From contig OZ365118.1 of assembly GCA_977030845.1 (NCBI GenBank), positions 19,654,001-19,718,000 on the forward strand: a DNA stretch of 64,000 nucleotides. Reading direction: 5' to 3'. Of this stretch, positions 28,201 to 40,100 are shown one piece after another (position 1 is the stretch's first letter; every line of letters begins with the position of its first letter). The notes under the pieces were generated by a model. It searched no databases. It saw only the letters and a program-made list of their open reading frames with translations, and was not told the DNA's origin. The position numbers and the translations under genes were made by a program. The stretch comes from Fimbriosthenelais zetlandica. Its lineage: Eukaryota.

Positions 28201-29429
28201 ACAGTGTGTGTTCAGGCTCAGAGTGTACACACATCTTTTTACCCTGTAAGGTTTAATCACAGGGAGTAGACTCTAACACCTGAAAAACCACTTTTACTGA
28301 TGCCGGAATCTGTCCGCACACCATATAAATAATATTAGTCACTAAAAGATAGAATCCCTTGAGACATTTTTCGAACCAAAAACGAAATAGTTCATTCATT
28401 TTTACATTGACGGTCTGATATGGCACTGCGTATAGTTTTAAAAGTGAGTTAAAATAAATATTATCTTTACATGAAGTCAGACAGTGCTGAGTTTATACAT
28501 CTTTGATGGTATAACATTGAGTTGTGCGTAGTTGAATTTGATTTTCCCCCTTGAATCCACCTTCCCCTTGAATCCACCTTCACAGAGCACCCAACCATTA
28601 CTGTCATCTCTGGACCTCTATTCTCCTCATGTCTATAAGACCATACCATTTTCTTTTTTGTCAAATTCATATATGAATGCTCATGCACCAAATGTTGAAG
28701 CCTCATTTCTCGGGTGTGTATATTTGTATCTAAAGTTAAAAACTCTTTTACCCGATGTTTACTGATTTGTAATCGACTCAGGCCATCCATGTCGTGGCAT
28801 ACTTTGTCAAATTACCTCAGCTCTGATTCCATCTTTCAAAAGATAACTCCTTTCTCCTTAAACATGACCAAGAATGCCATCATTTCAGAATGGTGAATTT
28901 GTTGGAACTTTGTCGCACTAAGCCTGAGGCAGTAAACGTCTAGGACATGACTAAGAGACAGTCCTGAAATTTATCCCCAAGTCAGAACTTTTTAAGGCGT
29001 GGGTTCAGAACAATTAAGCATTCCTATAAAAATTGGACTTTCCCGAGAATAAGCCACCCACACCTGGCCGGGATGTTAGTCTGTAGGCGGGTGATTCAGG
29101 TATTCCCACTCACCTGAATACAATACATTTATCTCTATTTTATGTATATAGGCTGCGCTTTAACAAAGCTATTCTACATCCAAGGAATCTAAAAGATACT
29201 TGTCAAGCCTGGAGCGGTGTCCTCCTCATTATGTGTTCACCTCTGGGGGCTCTGAACCTATTATACTTACACTAAAACAAAAAAACAACTAAGCCGAGTG
29301 TCGATTGTCTTTCATAGGGACACTCACCTCATTTGCTGGGGCAGCTTCTTCAGCTGGGGCAGTTTCTTTAGCTCGGGCAGTTTCTTTAGCTGGGGCAACT
29401 TCTTCAGCTGGGGCAATTTTTTCAGTCAT
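22260..29429 (-). CDS. SLC6 sodium/chloride-dependent amino-acid transporter (proline/glycine transporter branch), 14 exons, about 670 aa
   Basis: Exons 29429-29328, 27056-26897, 26684-26553, 26353-26159, 26003-25904, 25714-25579, 25342-25208, 24658-24555, 24363-24239, 23940-23693, 23451-23352, 23185-23085, 22817-22641, 22457-22260; all GT-AG and phase-consistent, 2013 nt in total. Hallmarks: [52 protein letters not shown]. Confidence 0.95.
22897..23047. repeat. 67 bp tandem duplication (2.2 copies) in an SLC6 intron
   Basis: GGAGCTGTGACTCTAGTCCTGTCATGGGGACGAGGG... starts at 22897, 22964 and (partial) 23031. Confidence 0.9.
23975..24085. repeat. 24 bp minisatellite (AGAAATTACATACATATATTGCAG), about 4-5 copies
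   Basis: Directly visible tandem units in an SLC6 intron; source of the spurious ORF 24018-24200. Confidence 0.9.
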
Positions 29430-32400
29430 TTTTCCGAGTTCTGAGTCAATCTATTACCTGCCTTTCGTCTTTCTCTCTCACCCTGTGGCTACTTGTCAAG
29501 TCCACAGTGCCAGTATATATTAAAGTACATACAAATAAATGTACTCTATACTGTCAGGATTGTATGAGGCAGCTTTGGGCTGAATCTACCTGCTGCTATG
29601 ATTTTATATTCCCATCCAGTGAGCCAGTTGCCAAATGCTCACAACTTTTTACATCGCTATGGACTTTCCATTCTGATTTTAGTGTTGTTGTGTAAAAGTT
29701 GGCTGAGCATTTAACCTGTATAAATCCTATATTTGATCCCACCTTTTAACCTGATTATTCACAGTGTGCTTTACAGCTAAGCCTTGGATCAACTAATATT
29801 TGGTTCTTAGAACCTAACCCAGTCTTTAATATGAACTGTTAATGATGTTCAAATATATAATTACATGGTTGTAAACCTTTTTTCACCTGAGGACTGGGTT
29901 CATATTTAGCAGAAAGAAAGATTTCATATTTACTCACACGCTCTACAATGATCATTGAAATGATCTGTTTGAAACTTGAAACAAACTATTCAGTGAGTGG
30001 AGGTGAGCAGGTGCTTAACTAAGCATAAAATCAATTAAAGCAGATGATTAAACTTCAGTGGTACCGGTAGATATACGATACCTGGACTGTAGGCACCTTA
30101 ACACTGGCCACGTAATGGGGTGTCAGGTAGAGTGGGGGGGGGGGGGCAGAACCTAACCCAAACATATCTACACACAGGCACCAATAGTACAATACATAGT
30201 CTCAGGTACCCCCCCCCCCCCCCACCCACCCCCAAACCGTGCTATGTCACATCTCCATGTTTGTAAGGTAATCCTGTGGATATGTTATTTAAAGTTGGGT
30301 GACGAGAAACTGACATATCTAAACTAAAGACGATCCCAAAAGATTCACTCATTGTGCTGGTCCCTGACAAAAATAACATGGACTAGTGGGAATAATTTGT
30401 GTGGATGTATTTTTATAATACCGGGAAAGAAATGAAAGAACTTCTCCCAGTAGTGTCTAGAAAAACTAGAAATATGATGCACCCCCCTCTGTTGGATATT
30501 TTTCTTTCATTTTCTCTGACCAAAAAGATGAGGGGTATTAAATATCGCTCAAACGTGCTAGTGGTTGTGCAAGTATATGCCGAGAATTTTGATCAAATCT
30601 TTTGGGTCACTAAAATACACAAAAATTCACTATAATATGAATCTTAATTTGGAAATTGCTGGAATAATTGCACATTTCTATGTGTAATGTAGTGACTTTA
30701 CATGTTAAATCTGCTTGTAGCATCATGTATTTTATAATAGCACACCATGGTACATCCAGCATTAGGCTGTCTGTATGGAGGACCTCACTTGTAAGGTCAC
30801 CCGGGTCATACCTGACCCTGTGTTAGTTTTCCATTAAACCATCACCGTCCACAGAGGGCGTCTCAGGCCTATTGTCCTCAGAGGGCAAATAATGCCTTAC
30901 ACGGGCGGATGTGGATAGATTACATATAATGCTACCCGGCCAGTATCCGCCTTATACGCTATACTCATACCTCCAATACTCACTGGTGCTAAAATCCTAA
31001 AACTGGGGGTCCAAATGTATGATAAATACTGTATATAAGACTACATTATGATGCCTTCAAGACAATTATTATATATATTAATTGTAATATGACTAGTTTC
31101 AGTGCTGCGCCTCTGAAAACTAGTTAGAAGTTAGAAGTTGTATGATAGAAAAAAGTCGACATTGAGGGGGAATAGGAAGCTTTAGTGTAGGATGAAAAAG
31201 TGGATCAACAAACTGTTTGTCAGAACTGAGTTTGCTCCCTCCTCCTTACAAACACTTTAAAAAACCAGCGTCATATAATTGTGGGTGAGGTTGGTGTATG
31301 ATATGATATAGAATACCAAGTCAATATAGACCTGCTATAGACCACATCTAACCTAGAATCCCGCTCCTCTAGCTTTATACTACCCATCTAAACTTTACCA
31401 TTGCCCCTCATCTCAGTCCTTAACTCCTCTCAAATCTAGGTCCGCTTTTTTCTGGTCATAGAAAGTTTGCGGTAATTTTATGATTTAACTGGCATAATTG
31501 GCCACCTGTTCATTGTTTACGCTGCTATGCCTGTTTTAGTGACGGGACTATAGAGATCTATGTTTAATGTTGGAGTCGATCCAGTAATGATTTCCAACCA
31601 TGGGTTCTATTATACAATATTCTTGCTATTTCTATGCTATATACATATATTTCTCTCCCTCATTCCACACAAGGTGTTCTTTTCACCTGCCTGTATGTTA
31701 ATATGGCTGTATACAGCTAGAGGTTGAATGTGACCCGGTATATGTAGACAAGGCCTACTTTATAATGCTCAAGGCATCCTACTTCCACTGAGGCATGTAC
31801 AACAACTCCACCTCACAATTTATTTTTTAAATTTGGAAACATACAGTCCCCAGTCATGTATATATTATACAATGGTGAAAACTTTAAAGTTTCCAGCTTT
31901 AAAATCTTATGTATTTGTCCATTATTTGAGAGAGAAATTTGTGGGGACAGTTGGAGCCCATCCCACCCACATGTACACACTGGTGGAATGTGTCACTCCA
32001 GGGTTGCTCTGTGTGTGTGACTGTGTGTGTTAACAGGTATGCATACATCTACATGCACAAACCCTGGATGCCTAATCCCCCCACCTACACTGGAACACAA
32101 ACCAAGAGGATACTTTAACTGAAAAAAGATCCTCCAAATAATCCCGCTGGTATTCAAGCCCCATGAATGGCAAGGGCGGTCGATTAGGCAAATAGCAGTT
32201 TTATCAATAGCCAAGACCTTTTGTCCTTTGACTTTCAAATGTGTCCCCTCTGTCCTTGTTTAAAAGATCAAATTGATTTTAAACAAAATGAGACATTTTC
32301 TGGGTGAGATGGAAATTGTGTCAAGACTAGAAGTAGACCTCAGTAGCGAGTATAGGAGCAGGAAAGTTTGTACAAACAAGAAGACAAGGATCTAAGTCAA

Positions 32401-35400
32401 TATTTGAAACCCTTGTAGAGGAATTCATACGGGCCTGTGTAGGAACCATGTCCTATACCATGTATCATATCTACCAGTTTTACCTTTCAAAAAGAATACA
32501 AAACTGCGGGTCCAGACCCCGTTACCCTTAGATATGGTTCCAATTTATAACTCAGATATATATTAATGTGCACAGTCCCTATTATACCTGCCAATATACC
32601 AGAAAATATCTGACCATATTTTAACCTGATATATGATATAGATTGAGGGTGGGTGTTCTCTCGACTAAATCAATAGAATAAAATGTATTTTGGAAAATAT
32701 AATATTTTTCTAAATCTTTTTCTTACCTTGCATCTGGCGGGATTAAGCTGCCCGAAGAAAGCTCTGATATTCACCATGTTTCAAATGAATAATCGACTTG
32801 TTATAAATAGTATAAATTATTAATAAATTAAGTCCAGCTTGTTGATAATACTGTCAGTGAGGTGAGATCAATTGAGGTGCTATAGTGAGGACTGACTTCA
32901 CCACCTGTTGTGTGATTACTGGAGAAAGTCTGGGGTTTTACACTATTTATACCAATCTCCCTCACACAGGGCGATAATCTCATCATTCTCAGAATAATTG
33001 TAACTTTTCTTAACCACAAAATCTACTCATCAACTATCAAGGATGTGTATGACATCACTGGGGCAGCGAGGCGTATCCGCTCAGTTGATCCTAGCATCGT
33101 CAGAGATCATAGATCCCCGTCAGACTAGACTTGCTGAGGTTAACGGGGATCACAAGGTTAATCTCAGGCCCGATTAAGTACAGTTAATCCCCTCTAAGCC
33201 TTTAATATTTTAAGTTTCTTAGAAATGAGATCCCAAGTTTCCAAATGTTTGAAGAAATGGAGTTTTAAAAGTAGGCTTCAGTGGGATATTTTATATTTTA
33301 CGACAAAAAAAAGAGAACAAAATGTGTTTGTAACCAAGGTATTGATAGCTGGGAATAAGTAGGCCTATTCTTAAAGATTATTCAGGCATAGATAGGTAAC
33401 AATAGGCAATCAGAGTGCATAAATTATTATGAAATATGTGGAATATGTTAAAAATACATTTGTGCATAAATAAACTAATAGAAGGGGCCTGAGCTAGTCT
33501 GGGGCGTCATGGTTGGGGAGACCAGAGGGAAATGTGAATTTCCGGCGGCACTCTATCATAGTCCTTCTCCCGTTTTGTACCCATCAACAAGGAAAAGTTT
33601 CTTCGTCAACTGGGAAATATTCCGGTACATATTGAGCTTTATCCGGCTAATAATTTACCACTTCAATCAAGTTGAGATCTCTAAATATAGCTCAGAGCCT
33701 GTCAATGTTCCCAGTAAACATCCCACATACCTTAATCATAATTAACCTACATCCATATAATGTTCTCTATAGTGATTGTCAAACTGATTTTATAGTTTAG
33801 ATTAAAACAAAACTATTGATCTCTGATGAACTTTCACTTAATCAGTTGACCATTCTTACTTAATAGGTTAAAATTCGGAAAAGTCGCATTTTAATTTGTT
33901 CTAGATCTATCCTAATGTACATTCCAGTGAGGTATATTTTAAAGCATAAGTGCAAACAGTTAAAGAAAGAAAAAGTAGCATCTCTCTAAATGCGCCTTAG
34001 TTATAGAATGCCTGTTAGTTGACAGAATTCCCATCCTTATATCTGTGGCCATCATAACTTCCAAGAATATAATTATGAAACCAACATTTTATTTGATCAT
34101 TTTCCGAATTTGGAGTAAAAAATCACGGGATGTCAACCACGGGAAATAATAATGAAACTTGGTGACCTTTTCACCCAACCTGACTAGCTCTTAAACAAGC
34201 CCGTGAATTCCCCGTCACCAGTCACTCCTCCCGGACTAGTGGAGCCTGGCAATGTTGATGTTTACTTCCTGTGTTTTGATCTCGTCTCATCACGATCTAG
34301 GATCTGAGACTGAGCTTCTCATCTGCTCGTGTACTCAGAACACAGATTAATAACAATAAACAAAATCATACATGAAAGACCCCCGCCCTTCCTTATTTTC
34401 ACTGACCACTGCCCATAGCCCAATCCAGTCCCTTTACCAATCATCATGCTGATACATGTAGGACTTGTCTCTTATACACTGGCATTTATTGGCCGCCTAC
34501 ATGGACTATTAATTTATCAATCCACACTTTCACGAAGATCAATATTTCAAATCTAACTATATTTAGTATAGCGTGTACATGTACAGCATTAAATGATAAA
34601 CATCTCGTCTATCGGGTATTATAATTGATAGTCTCATCATTATTACATCTGAAATTCCCAGATAATCTTTAAAATAAACCTAGAAAATGTCCTTATGCTT
34701 TCATGGGAAGGCGAAAGTAAATAGATAGTCAATACGCATGTTTATCCCAAGTTTTATCACGCTCCCAAAAGTAAACCGTCTAAATTTGGATTTTGAAACG
34801 GAAAGATAAAATATTTCTCTTATTTAATGATCATATCCCCTGTATTGTCTGTGAGGGGTGTGAGTTGAGGCTTATCTCAGCTAGAAGCCGTGATTCATGT
34901 AGAATGAGGGGAGGATAGCGCGGGGGATAGGGTCCACTGAGCGGGATGGGGGAATCTCCCTGTGCGTGGGCACTTAGTCATTTGTAGGCGTTTGCTATAT
35001 TCACTTTTTTTAACAAATATTTTAAAATCTACTCTTTGGTTACGTAGATGGGTTATGGGCGGGTGTACATTTCTTTAGTACCATAAATACCTGTACGATT
35101 ATGATACCAATCGAAAGTTTTCTCCCAGATAGGCCACGATTTAGGATTCCTTTAAGCGTTAGTTTAGAACTATTGTAATCATGGCTTGCGGTAGTCCCTG
35201 CTCTAGCCTTTCTTTCAGTCTCCGTTCTTTCTATCAATAAATCTAACTAATATAACAATGCTAGTTGTTTAGTTAGTAGAGGGCGTGGTCTGAAGCCTAT
35301 ATGACAGAGGGATGTATCAAGAGAAATGAAGGGCGCTATCTGTCTGTAGTGGTCCCTGGACGTGGACATGTATTTTTATGAGATGGTATTCTGTGAGATT

Positions 35401-36454
35401 GACAATGAGGCCCTAGGCCGTCACTTCTGTATGCATGGCTCTAGGCCCTCCTCTACCTGTGACATCCACTCTCATTTACTGGACCTAGTTTTGGCAGTAC
35501 TTCATATAATGACTAACACAATAACAATCCCTCATTGACTTTTGATGTATTTAATATAAATAAAATACCGTCATGGACTATACCTTCACCAACAGAATCT
35601 TATACCAGGCCCGGTCCACCTCACAAAGTTTTTTTTAAAGTTTGAACAACTCTCTCAGTTGACAAACTCACCGAGACTTTTGCTTAAAATATTTTAAGAC
35701 GCGGTATACCAAGTAAAAAATGATTGGCAAAGTACCTTTCATTCCTTTTTTGAGTGGATCCTTTGAAGGATCAGAGATCCCTCGCAGCGTCTCACTTTTT
35801 CTTAACTTTTCACTTTTCTTTGTAACTGTTGATAATTTCGATTTTGGAAAGTTGTTTTAGAAAGAAACTTTTTGGCGAAAACAAAACTTACCTTTTCAAA
35901 GGGATACTTGTCCTTCTTACAACACTTGAAGAACTTGGCCATTTTTGCCTCTTATCAATATTCCTTCTGCGTCTCTTTAGTTCATTTGATTCGTCCCGCT
36001 GGAATGTTAGCAATTGTTGTAGCAATCTACAGGTATCTACCTATAAATGTGCTTGAGCTTTAAACATTCAAGTTTTTGACTATTCCCAGGGGAGGCAGTT
36101 TTTTGTGGGATGTTAAGGTAGGAAGTGTCCTGTCGCCTGGCCAGGTGAACGACAAGTGTGTAGATGGATGTGTTCACTTTATCCTCCCCTACCTGGTGAT
36201 GGGGGCCCAGGTACCCACCCACCCACTATACACACACATACACATTATACACACACACTCAGCCATCCACAAGTTACGTACACTTCCCCCACTAAGAGTC
36301 ATATAGGAGGGGGTGGGGGTGGGGATGATTTTGCCATATGGCCAGCGAGGTAAATGGAATGTTTAGTCTGATTTATAATAGATGATCAAATAGATATTTC
36401 TTGTTTAAATGGTTACTTTAGATCCGTGTACTTTTAGTAGAGAACCATTAGTCA

Positions 36455-36502
36455 GGGCTTGTTTCATAATATACGCGCTATGGGCATTATTATGAAACAG
36501 GT
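36455..36502. mobile_element. Second, shorter copy of the TGTTTCATAA-ended MITE-like element
   Basis: ttgtttcataat (36459-36470) ... attatgaaacag (36489-36500) form an inverted pair matching the element at 21914-21982. Confidence 0.45.
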
Positions 36503-37141
36503 ATTAGGCAGGCTGGGAGGTAGGTCTCAGAGATAGCATCTATTTTTCGTATTTGTGTATTTATTTGTCAATAAGGAGCATATATATACATGAACAAAAG
36601 TATCCATCAAAGAAAACTAGGACATTCTTATCAAAAAATGCAGATATCAGTTAAAGACGACATTGTGTAAGTCAGTGTAGCGGAGAGAACTGTTATCCTA
36701 GCCATTAAAACCTGAAGGCTCCAAGAACAGATAATTATCCTTTTATTAACCTAGAGGATTTTCTCTCTGTCGGTCCATTAGCCTTTTTACTAGGCCGATT
36801 ATATATGTGTTTATTTCTCAATTTACTTTTTACACGTGTAAATATTATTTTACCTCAATGACCTGGATACGGATAAGACGCAGTAGACTGGTATAATTCA
36901 TTAGGTGTATAATCAGACTTTTAGTTACATCTAAGCTAAGCCAAACCTCTAAGATTTAGTATTAGAGATTTTCCTTAATATTCCCATCCCCAATAATAGA
37001 CTCTTGCTTCCTTCAATGCCTGCAAGTCGTTGTATAGACTCGATCCCTCGATGTGAATTCATATTTATAATTTATTTATTATCATTAAGTGAAAACCTAG
37101 GATGAAATCTAAATTAGGAATCTTATATTGATACACAAGAA

Positions 37142-40100
37142 TCAGTAGCCTTTCGGACCTTTCCATTTTGTTTTGGCTAAGTCTTTAATTTCTCCGTGTG
37201 ACCTCACATAATCACCGGAAGTGGCTATGTAGTAGGAGGCGCCCTCTATCAGGCCGTCCTGACTATACACAGATCCCGGAAACGCTGACGTGATTTCTTT
37301 GTCACCTAACTTCTCAGAAATGACGTCATACTCGTTCTGTAGGTCGTCTAGCACGTCAGATGACGCGCTTGGATACGTCCAGACGATCTCTCCCCCTGAA
37401 GGAAATAACTTTCTTTAGTGATCTTCAGTTTTCTTGGCAATAGATTACAAAAAAAGTCTTATGTCCTTAAAACCAGACGATCCAGGACTCTAAATGAACT
37501 GAAATTTGACAGAAGTAAATCTAACCTTTGTAAAAGACGAGGTATTCTTCGTCGTCTACATTTTCTGACATCAGAAAATCAATGGGCGTTGATCCCTCAT
37601 AACCAAACGTATCCGTGAGACTTTTCTTGCTGAGATATTGATATAATTTACCATCCCCAGGCGTGGCTACATTAGCACTGTACTCGTACACACTATCCCC
37701 CTGAAAATTATATTAAAAAACTCTTTTGTGTGACTTTCATAGAAGCGTTTGTAGGGCAAAGACTTATTTTATATGGTCCTAAGAATTGTCAAAATATTTA
37801 TCTTGACGATTACATTCCTATGGGAAGAATTGCTAAAATGTTCACAGAAGCCTGTATAGAAGTACTCGGTGGTTACCTTGATGAGATAGACTGTGTCTGT
37901 ATCGTTGTAATACTCGGCAGCATCCACACTCTCTGGTCCATTATTAAATACTTCTGAAATATTCCCCAACTCAAAGGCCAGGTAGTCATGGCTGATCTCT
38001 CTGTACATTATATACACTGACTGACCTGCAAGACGAATGCTATCAGATGATTTTTTTGCCGATCATATATTAATCGGCCCCCAACCCGACCACCCACATC
38101 TTTCCAATATCCTGGGGGATATTTCATATAACTTGGAAATGTATATAGTTGAGAGGATAGATAATTATGCTCTCTCTAATAGAATAATTTTTGAGAATTC
38201 TAAATGTATACCTTTAAAGAGGTAATGTTCGCCCAGATGGCCCTGCATGACGGCATCTATCTCATCCAGGTGTTCAGTAGGTAATCCCAGCCCACACTGC
38301 TGTCTCAGTGGTACCGACAAGTTACGACCTCCTGTATAAATACATATTATATAGTTTTTTAATTTGATATTTTGATTCAATTATAAACAATTGAGGCATT
38401 TAGAAGGCGCTGCATTAAGACCATATTACATTAAACCATGTGTCTGTCATTGACTCCAAATGAACAGTAGTGAGTATAATGTATTGAGTGTAGAATACTC
38501 ACCATACATGGACTGTATAGCCAGCCTATCATCTGTACCTAGCGTGGGTACTATGAGTCTGAGATGGGGGTACATGATGAGAGAATCATCTAGTACATCA
38601 GTGTGAAGTATACTAAATACATGACCCAACTCATGCATTAAACTAAACACCAAGTTAGTCCGGTACTCTATGTGATCTACAATACAATAATTAATACTAG
38701 AAATTATAATTATTTTAGTTGCTTTTTATATCACTTGTGTAAGAAAACACTTGGTGAACTTAGTTTACTCAGAAACCACTTGGTGGCGACACAGAGCCGA
38801 TGATAAGAGTTGGTGTAGATCTGGCCAGATTTGCACTATTTATTCCATTTCAAACCTCAGAAATATTAATAGCGAAATAACTTTTATGACGATTCCATCC
38901 CTTGCTCTTACTGTCCATCTTTAGTCAGTAAAATGAGATAAAATGAGATAAAAATGAATGATATAAAGTTTAGAGACTCACAGTGCAGGCCTACTGTCCA
39001 TGTTTCTGCCCCGTCCATGTGTACATCACATCTGTATGGTGACGGGTAGAATGGCCAGATGGCGTGAGCGAGCACTGACCCCACCCCATCAAACACAACC
39101 CCCACTATACAGTCATGGTAGCCCTGAGAGAAGGTGATCTCTATCTCAGGCTGGTCAGAGAAACTCCTCACAAACACGGGTCTAAATGACAGGTCCGTCA
39201 CACTGCACCACGCCTACACACAAAATAATCACAACATTAATATTAAAAATGAATCAACCATAAATAGATAATAAACAGTTTCTTCCAATTCAATTTATGA
39301 AGCCTAAATCTAAGTCTCCATTGTGGGAAATAGTTTATTTATTTGCGTGTACATAGGTGGAAAATATCAAAATAATCATGGAAAATTCATTTCAAAAAAA
39401 TGCAGCAGGAATGGAGGTGTATTTGAACCTACCTGGAGGGCCAGGGCGGTGGTGTAGTAGAATACACCAGGCGGTAGATCAGGGTAGTTAGAGGAGTCCA
39501 CGTAGTAAGGTAGAACTTTAGATCCCTGCCACTTATACATGGGGTCATTCAGAAGCGACACTGCAACATTTTGTATTGAAAAATTCGAAATTTAGGCTAA
39601 TAATATTAAGCTGATTTGATCTATGTCAAAATTCCCCGTGAATGATATTGAAATTTATTATATTATAATATGTAATATTTTAACTAAGTTAATTTTCTTT
39701 TTGTAGAAAATCGTACCTAATATACATATATTTGATATCATATTGATGTATTTTAATATTTGTAATCAGAGTGTTAGTTTACCCAGTGTTTTGTACCGTG
39801 GTGACGGTGCCTCCTCATTCTCCTCCCCATTCAGCATGCCAAAGTCAGCCATACCACAGCGGGGGGACTTCATCATCTTTCTGGTGGCCTTGTCCAATTT
39901 ACCTAAATTTAACCCAATTTTAAAGTATATTTTATCATTTTTTCGATTAGTAAGAAACGATTATATACTTTCTGGTTTGAATTCCATACATATTGCATCG
40001 ATTTCCCACGCCCGCTTCATTTTTATCAATCGGTGAAAAAGCGTTAGCAGAGCGTGGTTTCGATCCACGGACCTCTGGGTTATGGGCCCAGCACGCTTCC

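Noticed and set aside
27984-28790. Two ORFs in SLC6 intron 1: a 107-aa ORF with faint CARD-like spacing and a segment [14 protein letters not shown] with faint RHIM-like appearance
   Set aside because: In-frame stops upstream, no convincing exon chain, the RHIM core (I/V)Q(I/V/L)G is absent, and a few ORFs of this length are expected by chance in 64 kb.
33150-33200. Cluster of TAATC(C/T)/TAAGCC K50-homeodomain-like sites (also 41884-41898)
   Set aside because: Short AT-rich motifs occur often by chance and there is no conservation evidence.
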